The notes below the pieces were generated by a model that was given only the letters and a program-made list of their open reading frames with translations, ran no database searches and was not told the DNA's origin. Positions 46,890 through 55,477 of a stretch of 64,000 nt of DNA are shown piece by piece (the stretch's first letter is position 1; the number at the start of each line of letters is the position of its first letter). The position numbers were made by a program, and so were the translations under genes. This DNA comes from an uncultured Bacilli bacterium (GTDB lineage Bacteria > Bacillota_I > Bacilli_A > RF39 > UBA660): positions 7,298-71,297 of the forward strand of contig CAKOMS010000003.1 of assembly GCA_934096735.1 (NCBI GenBank). The letters run 5' to 3'.

Positions 46890-47516
46890 ATGCAAAATAA
46901 CAAAAAATTTGTGGTTGATGGTATGTTTATTAAATTAGCAGGGGAATTAGATTTATCGTTACCCGAATTTTTGTTACTTATGTATTTTGAGAATGCAGAT
47001 AGTCCTACTTTTGATATAGGTGTTATTAGTGAAAAGTTACAAATTAATAACATAAAAATAATGGAAGCTTTTAATAGTTTGCTTAGTAAAAATATTATTA
47101 GTTTGAAGACTCTTAAAAATAAAGATGGTCAAAGATATGATGTTGTTAGTTTAGATAATTTTTATAATAGTTTGAATGAATGTACTATAAAGCAAAAAAA
47201 AGAAAAAGAGAAAATTGATATATTTACTAGATTTGAAAGTGAGTTTAGAAGACCTTTAACTGGTATGGAGATAGAAACTATTAAGGCTTGGGTAGAAAAT
47301 TCTTATAGTGAAGAGTTAGTTATTGAAGCTTTAGAAAGAGCAGTTTATAATGGGGTTACTACTATTAGATATATTGATATAATACTTTCTGAATGGAATA
47401 AACTTGGTTATAAAACTAAAGAAGATGTATTAAATAATTTAAAGAAGGATAATAAGAAATTAGAAGAGACTAGTGTACTTAATTATGATTGGTTAGATGA
47501 TTATGAAAACAATTAA
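46890..47516 (+). CDS. dnaD: DnaD-domain replication initiation protein
   Basis: C-terminal DnaD/DnaB-2 motif (FRRPLTGMEIETIKAWV...YIDIILSEW), plus the conserved dnaD-nth adjacency known from Bacillus. Confidence 0.7.
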   Translation: MQNNKKFVVDGMFIKLAGELDLSLPEFLLLMYFENADSPTFDIGVISEKLQINNIKIMEAFNSLLSKNIISLKTLKNKDGQRYDVVSLDNFYNSLNECTIKQKKEKEKIDIFTRFESEFRRPLTGMEIETIKAWVENSYSEELVIEALERAVYNGVTTIRYIDIILSEWNKLGYKTKEDVLNNLKKDNKKLEETSVLNYDWLDDYENN

Positions 47517-48123
47517 TAGCAATTATATTATGGATTCTTTAGATAATATAATAGATAATCCTAGATGTGAACTTTTATATAATAAAGATTATGAATTGCT
47601 TATTGCTACAATACTTTCTGCTCAATCTACTGATAAAAGAGTAAATATTGTTACTAAAAAGTTATTTAGTAAGTATGATTTAGATGGTTTAAGTAAAGCA
47701 GATTTAAATGATATTGAAAGTATTATTAAGTCTGTTGGTACTTATAAAAGAAAAGCTATGTATATTAAAGAAGTAGCTAAAAGATTATTGAATGATTATA
47801 ATGGTGTTGTACCAAATAATAGAGAATATTTAGAAAGTTTACCTGGAGTTGGAAGAAAGACTGCTAATGTAGTGTTAAGTAATATTTATAATGTTCCAGC
47901 TTTTGCAGTAGATACACATGTTTATAGAGTATCTAAAAGATTAGGTATATGTAGTGATAGTGATGATGTTTTTGCTACTGAGAAGAAATTAATGAATTGT
48001 TTTCCAAAAGATAAATGGAATAGATTACATCATCAGTTAGTACTTTTTGGAAGATATTATTGTACTAGTAAGAAACCACAGTGTACGGGATGTCCTTTTT
48101 TGAATTTTTGCACTAAGAAATAG
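47497..48123 (+). CDS. nth: endonuclease III
   Basis: LLIATILSAQSTD, LPGVGRKTANVV helix-hairpin-helix, VDTHV, C-terminal CX6CX2CX5C Fe-S cluster; exact start uncertain (47497 or 47527). Confidence 0.9.
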   Translation: MIMKTINSNYIMDSLDNIIDNPRCELLYNKDYELLIATILSAQSTDKRVNIVTKKLFSKYDLDGLSKADLNDIESIIKSVGTYKRKAMYIKEVAKRLLNDYNGVVPNNREYLESLPGVGRKTANVVLSNIYNVPAFAVDTHVYRVSKRLGICSDSDDVFATEKKLMNCFPKDKWNRLHHQLVLFGRYYCTSKKPQCTGCPFLNFCTKK

Positions 48124-48198
48124 GTTGGAAATTAAAGAAATTGCCTTAAAAACATTGAATTTTGGGATTAATTTTTATACAATTGACTTGTGGTTGTT

Positions 48199-49326
48199 AT
48201 GGATAATAAGTTAGGAAAGTTTTTATATGATTTAAGAAAGAAAAAGGGATTAACTCAACAAGAACTTGCAGATAGATTACATATTAGTGATAAATCTATA
48301 TCAAGATGGGAAAAAGGTGTAAATTTTCCAAGTGTGGAAATGTTACATACAATTAGTGAGCTCTTTGGAGTAAAATTTAACTATTTATTATCGCTTAGAG
48401 TGGAAGATAATGCACTTGATATAAATGATACAAAAGAAATAATTAAAGAATTAAACGGTATAAATGGAAGAAAAATTAGAAGACTCAGATTATTTACAAT
48501 TATAAGTTCAATATTAGTTGTGCTCTCAATCGGAGGTCTTCTTTTTACAAGAAGTTATAACAGATTTAAAGTTTATAGGGTTTATGCATCAAATGATTAT
48601 TTTGCTTTTAATTATGGAATTTATGTAGAAACTAGAATTAAAGATATACTTTATTTAGGTAACTTGGATTTAGTTAATGTTGAAACTTCTAAAGATGCTG
48701 AAATTTATGCAGAACTTATTTTTAAAAAAAATGGAAAGGATCAAATAATACATAAGTTTTCAGCTATAAAAGATTTATATTTTAAATTATCAGATAGTTA
48801 TATTAAAATTGATGATTTATCAGATCATTTTAATAAAATATATATAAAGGTTATTGTAACTAATGATAAAGGTGAAAAGAAAGAGTATGAAGCTAAATTA
48901 AAATTTGTAAAAGACTTTTCAAATAATAAAGTGTTTCCGGATGATAATAATGAATATTTAGATTACTCTGATATAACACTTACTACTGATGAGATTAAGA
49001 AAATTTTGGAGAAGAATGGTTTTAAGAAAATAGAAAATATTTATATGAAAACTATTGATGATTATAAAATATACTATTATTATGATTCAAATAAAATTGT
49101 TTTAAGATTCTTTAAAGATAATTTAGATTATAAATATACATATTTTGTAAGTAGTAATGATGTTGAAGTTTTAATAACGAATAACGAAAATATTGAGATA
49201 GAAAATTACTTTTATGATTTAAATTCAAGAAGAGTTACGTGTATTACTGGTAATTGTAATTGTTATGATGAAGCATTAAAAGTATTAAATGAAAAAATAT
49301 TATATTTATTAAAAGAAGAAAAATAG
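48199..49326 (+). CDS. XRE-family HTH regulator with TM helix and extracytoplasmic domain
   Basis: LRKKKGLTQQELADRLHISDKSISRWEKG HTH_3 motif, a central TM helix (LFTIISSILVVLSIGGLLF), and an uncharacterised C-terminal domain. Confidence 0.7.
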   Translation: MDNKLGKFLYDLRKKKGLTQQELADRLHISDKSISRWEKGVNFPSVEMLHTISELFGVKFNYLLSLRVEDNALDINDTKEIIKELNGINGRKIRRLRLFTIISSILVVLSIGGLLFTRSYNRFKVYRVYASNDYFAFNYGIYVETRIKDILYLGNLDLVNVETSKDAEIYAELIFKKNGKDQIIHKFSAIKDLYFKLSDSYIKIDDLSDHFNKIYIKVIVTNDKGEKKEYEAKLKFVKDFSNNKVFPDDNNEYLDYSDITLTTDEIKKILEKNGFKKIENIYMKTIDDYKIYYYYDSNKIVLRFFKDNLDYKYTYFVSSNDVEVLITNNENIEIENYFYDLNSRRVTCITGNCNCYDEALKVLNEKILYLLKEEK

Positions 49327-49442
49327 TCCATATTTTTGGGCTTTTTTTAATGTTCTCATTATGTGAGAATGATATTCTCGGTTTTCTAGGTTGCATATTT
49401 TCGACAAAAAACTTATTCTTAAGCCAGAAAGGAGATAAACAG

Positions 49443-50336
49443 TTGAAGTGTTACTTGAATATTTACCAAAAGTTGATCGCGTTCGCATCCTTACTGAGTG
49501 TAGCCTTAGTGCCTTCTTTGGTGAGTGCGATGACGAATCAGAACGGTGTCGTTGTTACTGATGAGGAGGTGAAAGAGTTTAGTAAAGTATATTCTCCTGA
49601 ATATATATATACTATGACTCAAGATGATTACGATAGAATTTCTCAATATGACTTTGATAATATAAGACAAGTTGAGAAATATGTAATGTCCACTTATAAC
49701 AGTGCAACGGATACTACAACAGAAGTTTTAATATCAGAAGAAGATTATAACAATTTTGTTCCAATGGTTAGTATGAACGGTGAAGGTGAGAATGAATTAA
49801 ATGGTGTTTATGATGATGCTACATTAACAGAAACACAAGTTAAAAAACTTACCTTAAGTTATATGACTGTTGGAGGAAACTATGACAGTGTATCACTTAC
49901 ACTAGTTTGGAAGTATATTCCACAATATCGTTCATTCGATGTAATTGGTGTAAGAGGTGAGGGATTTACATTTAGAAATGGATCTCAAACTGGAAGACAA
50001 ATTTACAAGATTAAAAGCACAGGTGAATTTGATTATGTAAGATATGCTTGGAATGGAACAAACATTAAAAAATTTAATGATGGATTTGGTATATCAATGA
50101 ATATTGTAAATACTGATATATTACAATTATCTATATCATTAGATTGTGATGTTGTACCTACTAAAGAATATCCAATGTTATTTGGTTCTTACCAACATGT
50201 ACAACACAATATAACTTTAGCACAATCTCAAAATTATACTTTGGGTGGTGCCGGTTTAGGTGGAGTATTTGTATATCCATACAGTATAAGTCAATATTTT
50301 GATGGTATGGCTGGAGCATCAATAGTGTTCCGTTAA
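49443..50336 (+). CDS. secreted hypothetical protein
   Basis: TTG start 8 nt after aaaggag gives the signal peptide MKCYLNIYQKLIAFASLLSVALVPSLVSA. No recognisable family. The first ~130 nt have atypically GC-rich codons. Confidence 0.5.
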   Translation: MKCYLNIYQKLIAFASLLSVALVPSLVSAMTNQNGVVVTDEEVKEFSKVYSPEYIYTMTQDDYDRISQYDFDNIRQVEKYVMSTYNSATDTTTEVLISEEDYNNFVPMVSMNGEGENELNGVYDDATLTETQVKKLTLSYMTVGGNYDSVSLTLVWKYIPQYRSFDVIGVRGEGFTFRNGSQTGRQIYKIKSTGEFDYVRYAWNGTNIKKFNDGFGISMNIVNTDILQLSISLDCDVVPTKEYPMLFGSYQHVQHNITLAQSQNYTLGGAGLGGVFVYPYSISQYFDGMAGASIVFR

Positions 50337-50379
50337 AAAAAAGGTTTAAATTATATAGCAAGGTATAATTTAAATATAA

Positions 50380-50522
50380 TTATGTCATCTATTTGGGATT
50401 CCTTGGGGTAGGTGGCATAATCAAAATAATAGTCGACAAATACAAGGAGGTGTCGTGTCTGACGACATTCTAGACAAACTAAGGCTTATGTGCCAGGAAA
50501 CTGGCACGTATTTTGTGTTTTT
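50380..50522 (+). ncRNA. structured orphan transcript-like region ending in a strong terminator (function unknown)
   Basis: 12-bp helix ttatgtcatcta/taggtggcataa whose two G-U pairs work only for + strand RNA. Small hairpins follow around aaggagg. Then gtgccag-GAAA-ctggcac followed by a T-rich tail. Confidence 0.3.
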
Positions 50523-50661
50523 GGGTAAAATTCAACTGTTTAAAAAAATTATAAGCACAAAAATTGTAAAAAAACATGAGTTATCGATTAATTTTACACT
50601 TCAAATCTTAAAAAGTGGTCGATAACTTGCTTTTTTTTGAGAAAATACTTTATTTTCATAT

Positions 50662-50924
50662 TTGAAAGGTAGAAATTATAGCTTAAGTGTAGGGAAAATT
50701 GATAATTTAGAATGTGATTTTATTGCAAGACGTGGAATAGATGAATATTTTTATATACTGATGATAAAAAAACTGAAGAAAGAGAATATAAACCTTTTTA
50801 TGAAATTAAGGAATTATATCCAAGATATTTATTTATTTTAGATTTAATACTTCAAAAAAATATAAATGGAATAAATAATGTTAATATAGTTGACTTTATT
50901 TATAATAAAGAAGATTTAAAATAA
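50662..50924 (+). pseudogene. 3' remnant of a DUF4143-type AAA ATPase gene
   Basis: Translation ...GKIDNLECDFIARRGIDEYFYI, then after a frame change at an A7 run, TEEREYKPFYEIKELYPRYLFILD...INNVNIVDFI. This matches the C-terminal region of that family. The N-terminal ~300 codons are absent. Confidence 0.55.
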
Positions 50925-51036
50925 TTTAAAGTTTATGGAAAATATAGGGTATGTAAAGAATTATTACATACTCTATATTATTTTTTTGCATATTATTTTT
51001 AATTTATCATAGCATTAAGTAGAAAAAGGTGAGTGT

Positions 51037-52515
51037 ATGGAAAATGAAAAAATAATATCTTCTATCGCCAAAAGGGGTAATGGTGAAATATATTTAGGTG
51101 TTGTTGGTGCCGTTCGTACTGGTAAATCAACATTTATTAAAAGAGTAATTGAGAATTTAGTTGTACCAAATATTACTGATTCTTTTGATAAGAAAAAATG
51201 CTTAGATGAAATTCCCCAAAGTGCAGAAGGTAAAACTATTATGACAACTGAACCTAAATTTGTTCCTTCGAATGGTGCTACTATTAAGGTAGATTCTTTT
51301 GAAACAAATATTAAACTTGTTGATTGTGTTGGTTATGTAATACCAGGAGCAAATGGTTATGAAGATGAAGATGGAAATCCTAGAATGGTTAAAACACCTT
51401 GGTTTCCAGATTCTATTCCTTTTGTAGAAGCTGCTGAAATTGGTACCGAAAAAGTAATTAAGGATCATTCTACAATAGGTATTTTAGTTACTACCGATGG
51501 TTCTTTTGGAGAAATTAAACGAGAAAATTATGTTGAAGCAGAAGAAAAGATAGTTAGTGAACTTAAAGAGATTGGTAAGCCATTTATTGTTATTTTAAAT
51601 AGTTTACATCCTACTAATACTGAGACTGCTGAACTTAGTAGAGAACTTGAAAGTAATTATGATGTACCTGTAATGCCTATTAATGTTGAAGGCATGAATG
51701 AAAAAGAAATTATGAGTATTTTAAAGTCTGCTTTATATGAATTTCCTATTTTAGATATTGAAGTTAATATGCCAGAATGGATACATGTTCTTCCTAATAA
51801 TCATGAAATTAAAATGCATTATTTAGAAAAGATAAGAGAAAGTGTTGTTAGTGTTAGTAAAGTTAAGGATGTAGATTATATAATTGGTCATTTTGAAAAT
51901 AGTGAATATATTAGTAAAGCATATATTAGTAATTTAGATACTGCGAGTGGTGTTGTTACAATTAATTTAGAGAGTCCAAATGAATTATATAATGAAGTAC
52001 TTAAAAATATTATGGGTAGTAGTACTACTACTAAGGCAGGCCTTTTAAAGATATTTTCAACTTATAAAGAAAATAAAGAAGAGACTGAATGTATTAAATC
52101 AGCTTTAAGACAAGCACAAACTACAGGTTATGGTATTGTTTATCCAACACTAAAAGATATGAAACTTGAAACTCCAGAGATTATTAAACAAGGTAATAGA
52201 TATGGAGTTAAATTAAAAGCTCTTGCTAGTAGTATACATTTAATGAAAGTTGATGTTGAAAGTACCTTTGAACCTATAATTGGTAGTGAACTACAAAGTA
52301 AAGAATTAATTAATTATTTAATGAAAGATTATGAAACTGATCCAAGTAGTATTTGGAAAAGTGAAATATTTGGAAGAAGCTTAGAAGTTATTGTTCAAGA
52401 GGGTATTCAAGCTAAACTTAATATGATGCCTGATAATACAAGATTTAAGTTATCTAATACTGTAACTAAGATAGTAAATAAGGGAAGTAATAACTTAATT
52501 GCTATAGTTATATAG
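51037..52515 (+). CDS. spoIVA: stage IV sporulation protein A
   Basis: 492 aa; GEIYLGVVGAVRTGKSTFIK Walker A and full-length similarity to SpoIVA. Confidence 0.95.
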   Translation: MENEKIISSIAKRGNGEIYLGVVGAVRTGKSTFIKRVIENLVVPNITDSFDKKKCLDEIPQSAEGKTIMTTEPKFVPSNGATIKVDSFETNIKLVDCVGYVIPGANGYEDEDGNPRMVKTPWFPDSIPFVEAAEIGTEKVIKDHSTIGILVTTDGSFGEIKRENYVEAEEKIVSELKEIGKPFIVILNSLHPTNTETAELSRELESNYDVPVMPINVEGMNEKEIMSILKSALYEFPILDIEVNMPEWIHVLPNNHEIKMHYLEKIRESVVSVSKVKDVDYIIGHFENSEYISKAYISNLDTASGVVTINLESPNELYNEVLKNIMGSSTTTKAGLLKIFSTYKENKEETECIKSALRQAQTTGYGIVYPTLKDMKLETPEIIKQGNRYGVKLKALASSIHLMKVDVESTFEPIIGSELQSKELINYLMKDYETDPSSIWKSEIFGRSLEVIVQEGIQAKLNMMPDNTRFKLSNTVTKIVNKGSNNLIAIVI

Positions 52516-52540
52516 TAAATTATTTGTAAAATATTAAAAA

Positions 52541-52566
52541 AATAGGAGATATTTCCTATTTTTTTG
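52541..52566 (+). terminator. rho-independent terminator after spoIVA
   Basis: aatagga-gatatt-tcctatt hairpin followed by a T-run. Confidence 0.6.
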
Positions 52567-52670
52567 TGTTTTTTATTGATTTTATCTAGGTTTTTTGTTA
52601 ATCTTAATATGTAAGAACAATAGGTCTTACCTTAGATATTGTTAATTTTTAAAATGAGGAGGTAGAGAAC

Positions 52671-52943
52671 ATGTCTAAAACTGAAATAGTAGAATTTATT
52701 GCAGCTAAAACTGGTTTAACTAAAGCTGATGCTGCTCGTGCATTAGATGCTACATTAGAAGGTATCACTAATGGACTTAAAAAAGAAGGAAAAGTAACTT
52801 TTGTTGGATTTGGTACTTTTAGTGCTAAAAAAAGAGCTGCTAGAGAAGGAATTAATCCTTTAACAAAAGAACCTTTAAAAATTGCTGCTAAAACAGTTGC
52901 TTCATTTAAAGCTGGAAGTAAATTAAAAGACGCTTTAAATTAA
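52671..52943 (+). CDS. hup: DNA-binding protein HU
   Basis: 90 aa; GFGTF...R.GINP.T HU/IHF signature; RBS gaggagg. Confidence 0.95.
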   Translation: MSKTEIVEFIAAKTGLTKADAARALDATLEGITNGLKKEGKVTFVGFGTFSAKKRAAREGINPLTKEPLKIAAKTVASFKAGSKLKDALN

Positions 52944-53020
52944 TTATTTAATTAAAAAAATTGGTACTTTATAGTACTGATTTTTTTATTTGTAAAAAAT
53001 AGATATTGGTTATTCAAGAC

Positions 53021-53049
53021 TTGAATAATAAAAAATTTTATAGTATTCT
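53021..53049 (+). promoter_or_regulatory. putative promoter of family copy 2
   Basis: TTGAAT, 17 nt spacer, TATTCT; conserved with the copy 1 and copy 3 upstream regions. Confidence 0.35.
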
Positions 53050-53109
53050 ATTTATAGAAAGATAGAAAATAAGTAAAAAGGAAAACTTACTTACCTGGAG
53101 GTTGATAAA

Positions 53110-54630
53110 ATGAAAAAAATAGACTTCCGGGGGGGGGTTGTGAAACTCCTTCTTGGAATAGAATTAATAACTTTATTTTTAGGGATTAAGAGTTTTGGTA
53201 ATAAAAACAACACATTAGATGATATTAAATTGTTAGATAATAAATCTAATAATCTTTTTGCAATTATGGTAAAAGACTCTAGTGGTAATTATAATGAATC
53301 AAGTACATTTCCAGAAGGAATGTATGTACTAAATGAAACAATGTCATCATGCATAGATAATAATGGTAACAAAATAGATAATGTACTTAGTTATAGTGAT
53401 GGAGTAGTATCAGCAAGAACAAATAAGACAGTATATTGTTATTTATATTTTGATAAAGATAATACTGTATATGCAAAAGTATTAGATGATTTTTCTAATA
53501 ATAATGGAGTACAAAAAACAACAGATGAAAATGGAAAATATGTATATTACTATACAGGTAATGTAACAAATAACAATTTAGTATTAAATAATTATTGTTG
53601 GAAGATGGTAAGAACAACCGAAACAGACGGAGTAAAACTTTTGTATAATGGACTTTATTCAGATAGTACAAAGTGTAACAACACAGGAGCAAGTGTATAT
53701 ATAGATTCAAATAAAACTGCATTCAATACAAATTATAATTCACCAGCCTATGTTGGATACATGTATGGAACAGTGTATGCATGGAATAGTAAAAATGTAC
53801 GCAATTTCGAAACATATTATTATGGAAGTGATGTAACATGGGATGGAACAACATATACTTTAAGTGAAGCAGAAAGCGGAGCAATAGCAGATATGTCTAG
53901 TAAATTAAATACGAAACATTATACCTGTTTAAGTACAAGTTCATCATGTTCGACAGTTTATTATATATATTCTAGAGCTTCAAATGGTTCAGTATTTTAC
54001 ATGACATTAACAAATGGCAAAAAGATAGAAGATGCCTTAGATGAAATGTTAAATTACAATACAACAAATAGTAATATAAAGACAGTAATAGATAATTGGT
54101 ATAGTACAAATATGACAAATGCAATAAATTATTTAGAGAATGCAATATATTGCAATAATAGAAATATATATGATTTAGGAGGATGGAATCCAAGTGGAGG
54201 AATTGTATCAGGATCAGCAAGTTATTTACGTTTTAATGATTATTTTTCTAGTAAAGCAAGATTAACATGTCAAGATAAAGAAGATCAATTTACATTAAAA
54301 GTAGATTCTGGAGGAACATTAGGATATGGAAATAATGCCTTAGATTATCCAATAGGATTATTAACAGGTAAAGAAGCAAATCTAGCCATTGGTGATTCAA
54401 GCACTAATTATTTAAATGATAATAATGATGATTCTTATTGGTTGCTGTCCCCTTACCACTTCATCGGCGACATTGGTTATATTCGTAGCGTGCACTATGG
54501 GAGTTTGGACACCAACAATGTGTTAGGCACTTACGGGGTCCGTCCAGCTGTATCACTTTTCACAAAAGTTAAGCTGAGCGGAGAAGGAAATGGTACTGTT
54601 GAGTCACCATATATTTTAGCTCCGTTATAG
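53110..54630 (+). CDS. paralogous membrane-anchored surface protein, copy 2 (in-frame configuration)
   Basis: 506 aa, read from the RBS-preceded ATG through the G9 tract into MKKIDFRGGVVKLLLGIELITLFLGIKSFG (signal anchor) and the conserved family body. Confidence 0.8.
   Translation: MKKIDFRGGVVKLLLGIELITLFLGIKSFGNKNNTLDDIKLLDNKSNNLFAIMVKDSSGNYNESSTFPEGMYVLNETMSSCIDNNGNKIDNVLSYSDGVVSARTNKTVYCYLYFDKDNTVYAKVLDDFSNNNGVQKTTDENGKYVYYYTGNVTNNNLVLNNYCWKMVRTTETDGVKLLYNGLYSDSTKCNNTGASVYIDSNKTAFNTNYNSPAYVGYMYGTVYAWNSKNVRNFETYYYGSDVTWDGTTYTLSEAESGAIADMSSKLNTKHYTCLSTSSSCSTVYYIYSRASNGSVFYMTLTNGKKIEDALDEMLNYNTTNSNIKTVIDNWYSTNMTNAINYLENAIYCNNRNIYDLGGWNPSGGIVSGSASYLRFNDYFSSKARLTCQDKEDQFTLKVDSGGTLGYGNNALDYPIGLLTGKEANLAIGDSSTNYLNDNNDDSYWLLSPYHFIGDIGYIRSVHYGSLDTNNVLGTYGVRPAVSLFTKVKLSGEGNGTVESPYILAPL
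53129..53137 (+). repeat. G9 homopolymer (in-frame length)
   Basis: Nine consecutive G counted directly. Confidence 0.9.
54439..54555 (+). other. adenine-depleted hypervariable block at the 3' end of copy 2 (DGR variable-region-like)
   Basis: Runs tggttgctgtccccttaccacttcatcggcgac...ggggtccgtccagctgtatca. It has the same borders as the copy 1 block, but its internal codons differ mainly at positions 1 and 2. Confidence 0.5.
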
Positions 54631-54771
54631 TAATTATTCTTGTCAACGAAGACATAAAAATAGAAAAAGTTCTCCCGAATTAAGAAAGGCCTTTATAGGC
54701 TTTTTTTAGTGCTTTTAAAGTTATAAAAAAATTCTTGTTTAGATAAATTATTTATGTTATACTAATTTTAT

Positions 54772-55389
54772 ATGGAGAAATGGGGTCTTTTATTGGAACA
54801 CTATTTTACGAATAATGAAAACTTGAAAAGTGAACTTAGAGATATTAAATTTTCTTTTTGTGATTATAATTTTTTATTTAAAAGTGATAATGGTGTTTTT
54901 TCTAAAAATAAAATTGATTATGCCAGTATGTTTTTGGTTGAAACCTGTTTAAAAAATATAACTAATACTGAAAATATAAATAGTATACTTGATGTTGGCT
55001 GTGGGTATGGTTTTATTGGTATAACCCTAAGTAAAGTATTAGATAAACATGTAGATATGGTAGATATAAATAAAAGAGCAGTACATTTATGTGATATGAA
55101 TATTTCAATTAATAAAGTAGATGCTAAAGTTTTTTTGAGTAACATTTATGAAAGTGTTACTAATAAGTATGATTTAATTATTACTAATCCTCCTATTAGG
55201 GCTGGGAAAGAAATATTATATGAATTTCTTAAAGGTGGTATTAGTAGATTAAATAAAAATGGTAATTTATACTTTGTTATTTCTAAAGATCAGGGTGCTA
55301 AAAGTGTTAAATCTGAATTTGAAAAAATATGTGAAGTAGAGGTTATTGATAAAAGTAAAGGTTTTTGGGCATTTTTAGTTAGAAATTAG
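54772..55389 (+). CDS. class I SAM-dependent methyltransferase (RsmC/YbxB-like)
   Basis: VLDVGCGYG SAM motif and ITNPPIRAG motif; its position directly upstream of rpoB matches B. subtilis ybxB. Confidence 0.75.
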   Translation: MEKWGLLLEHYFTNNENLKSELRDIKFSFCDYNFLFKSDNGVFSKNKIDYASMFLVETCLKNITNTENINSILDVGCGYGFIGITLSKVLDKHVDMVDINKRAVHLCDMNISINKVDAKVFLSNIYESVTNKYDLIITNPPIRAGKEILYEFLKGGISRLNKNGNLYFVISKDQGAKSVKSEFEKICEVEVIDKSKGFWAFLVRN

Positions 55390-55477
55390 TTGACTTATAC
55401 TAGAAATACTGGTAAAATCTTAAATTGGTGACGTATTTGTTTTTTCAAAATTTAAATCTAGGTATAGGGGTGATATC

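Noticed and set aside
50455-50625. 56-codon ORF (GTG after aaggagg; VSDDILDKLRLMCQETGTYF...)
   Set aside because: It reads straight through the strong gtgccag-GAAA-ctggcac terminator and has no recognisable family. It is more likely non-coding or a decayed fragment.
53110-53200. Possible type IV prepilin signal in the family N-termini (RGG-VVKLLLGIELITLF)
   Set aside because: The Gly/Glu spacing does not fit G|F-T-L-I-E (Glu at +5). Here Glu is at +2 from one Gly and +9 from the other. I treat it as a plain signal anchor.
53495-54220. Minus-strand ORFs 53495..53722 and 53972..54220 (and 63090..63287 in copy 3)
   Set aside because: The same antisense artefact, inside family copies 2 and 3.
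54628-54710. The shared gcctttataggctttttt hairpin after copy 2 and after the sortase substrate gene (35473..35490), as evidence of a repeat element
   Set aside because: Only about 18 nt are shared, and they correspond to a simple terminator hairpin. This is too short to distinguish homology from convergence.
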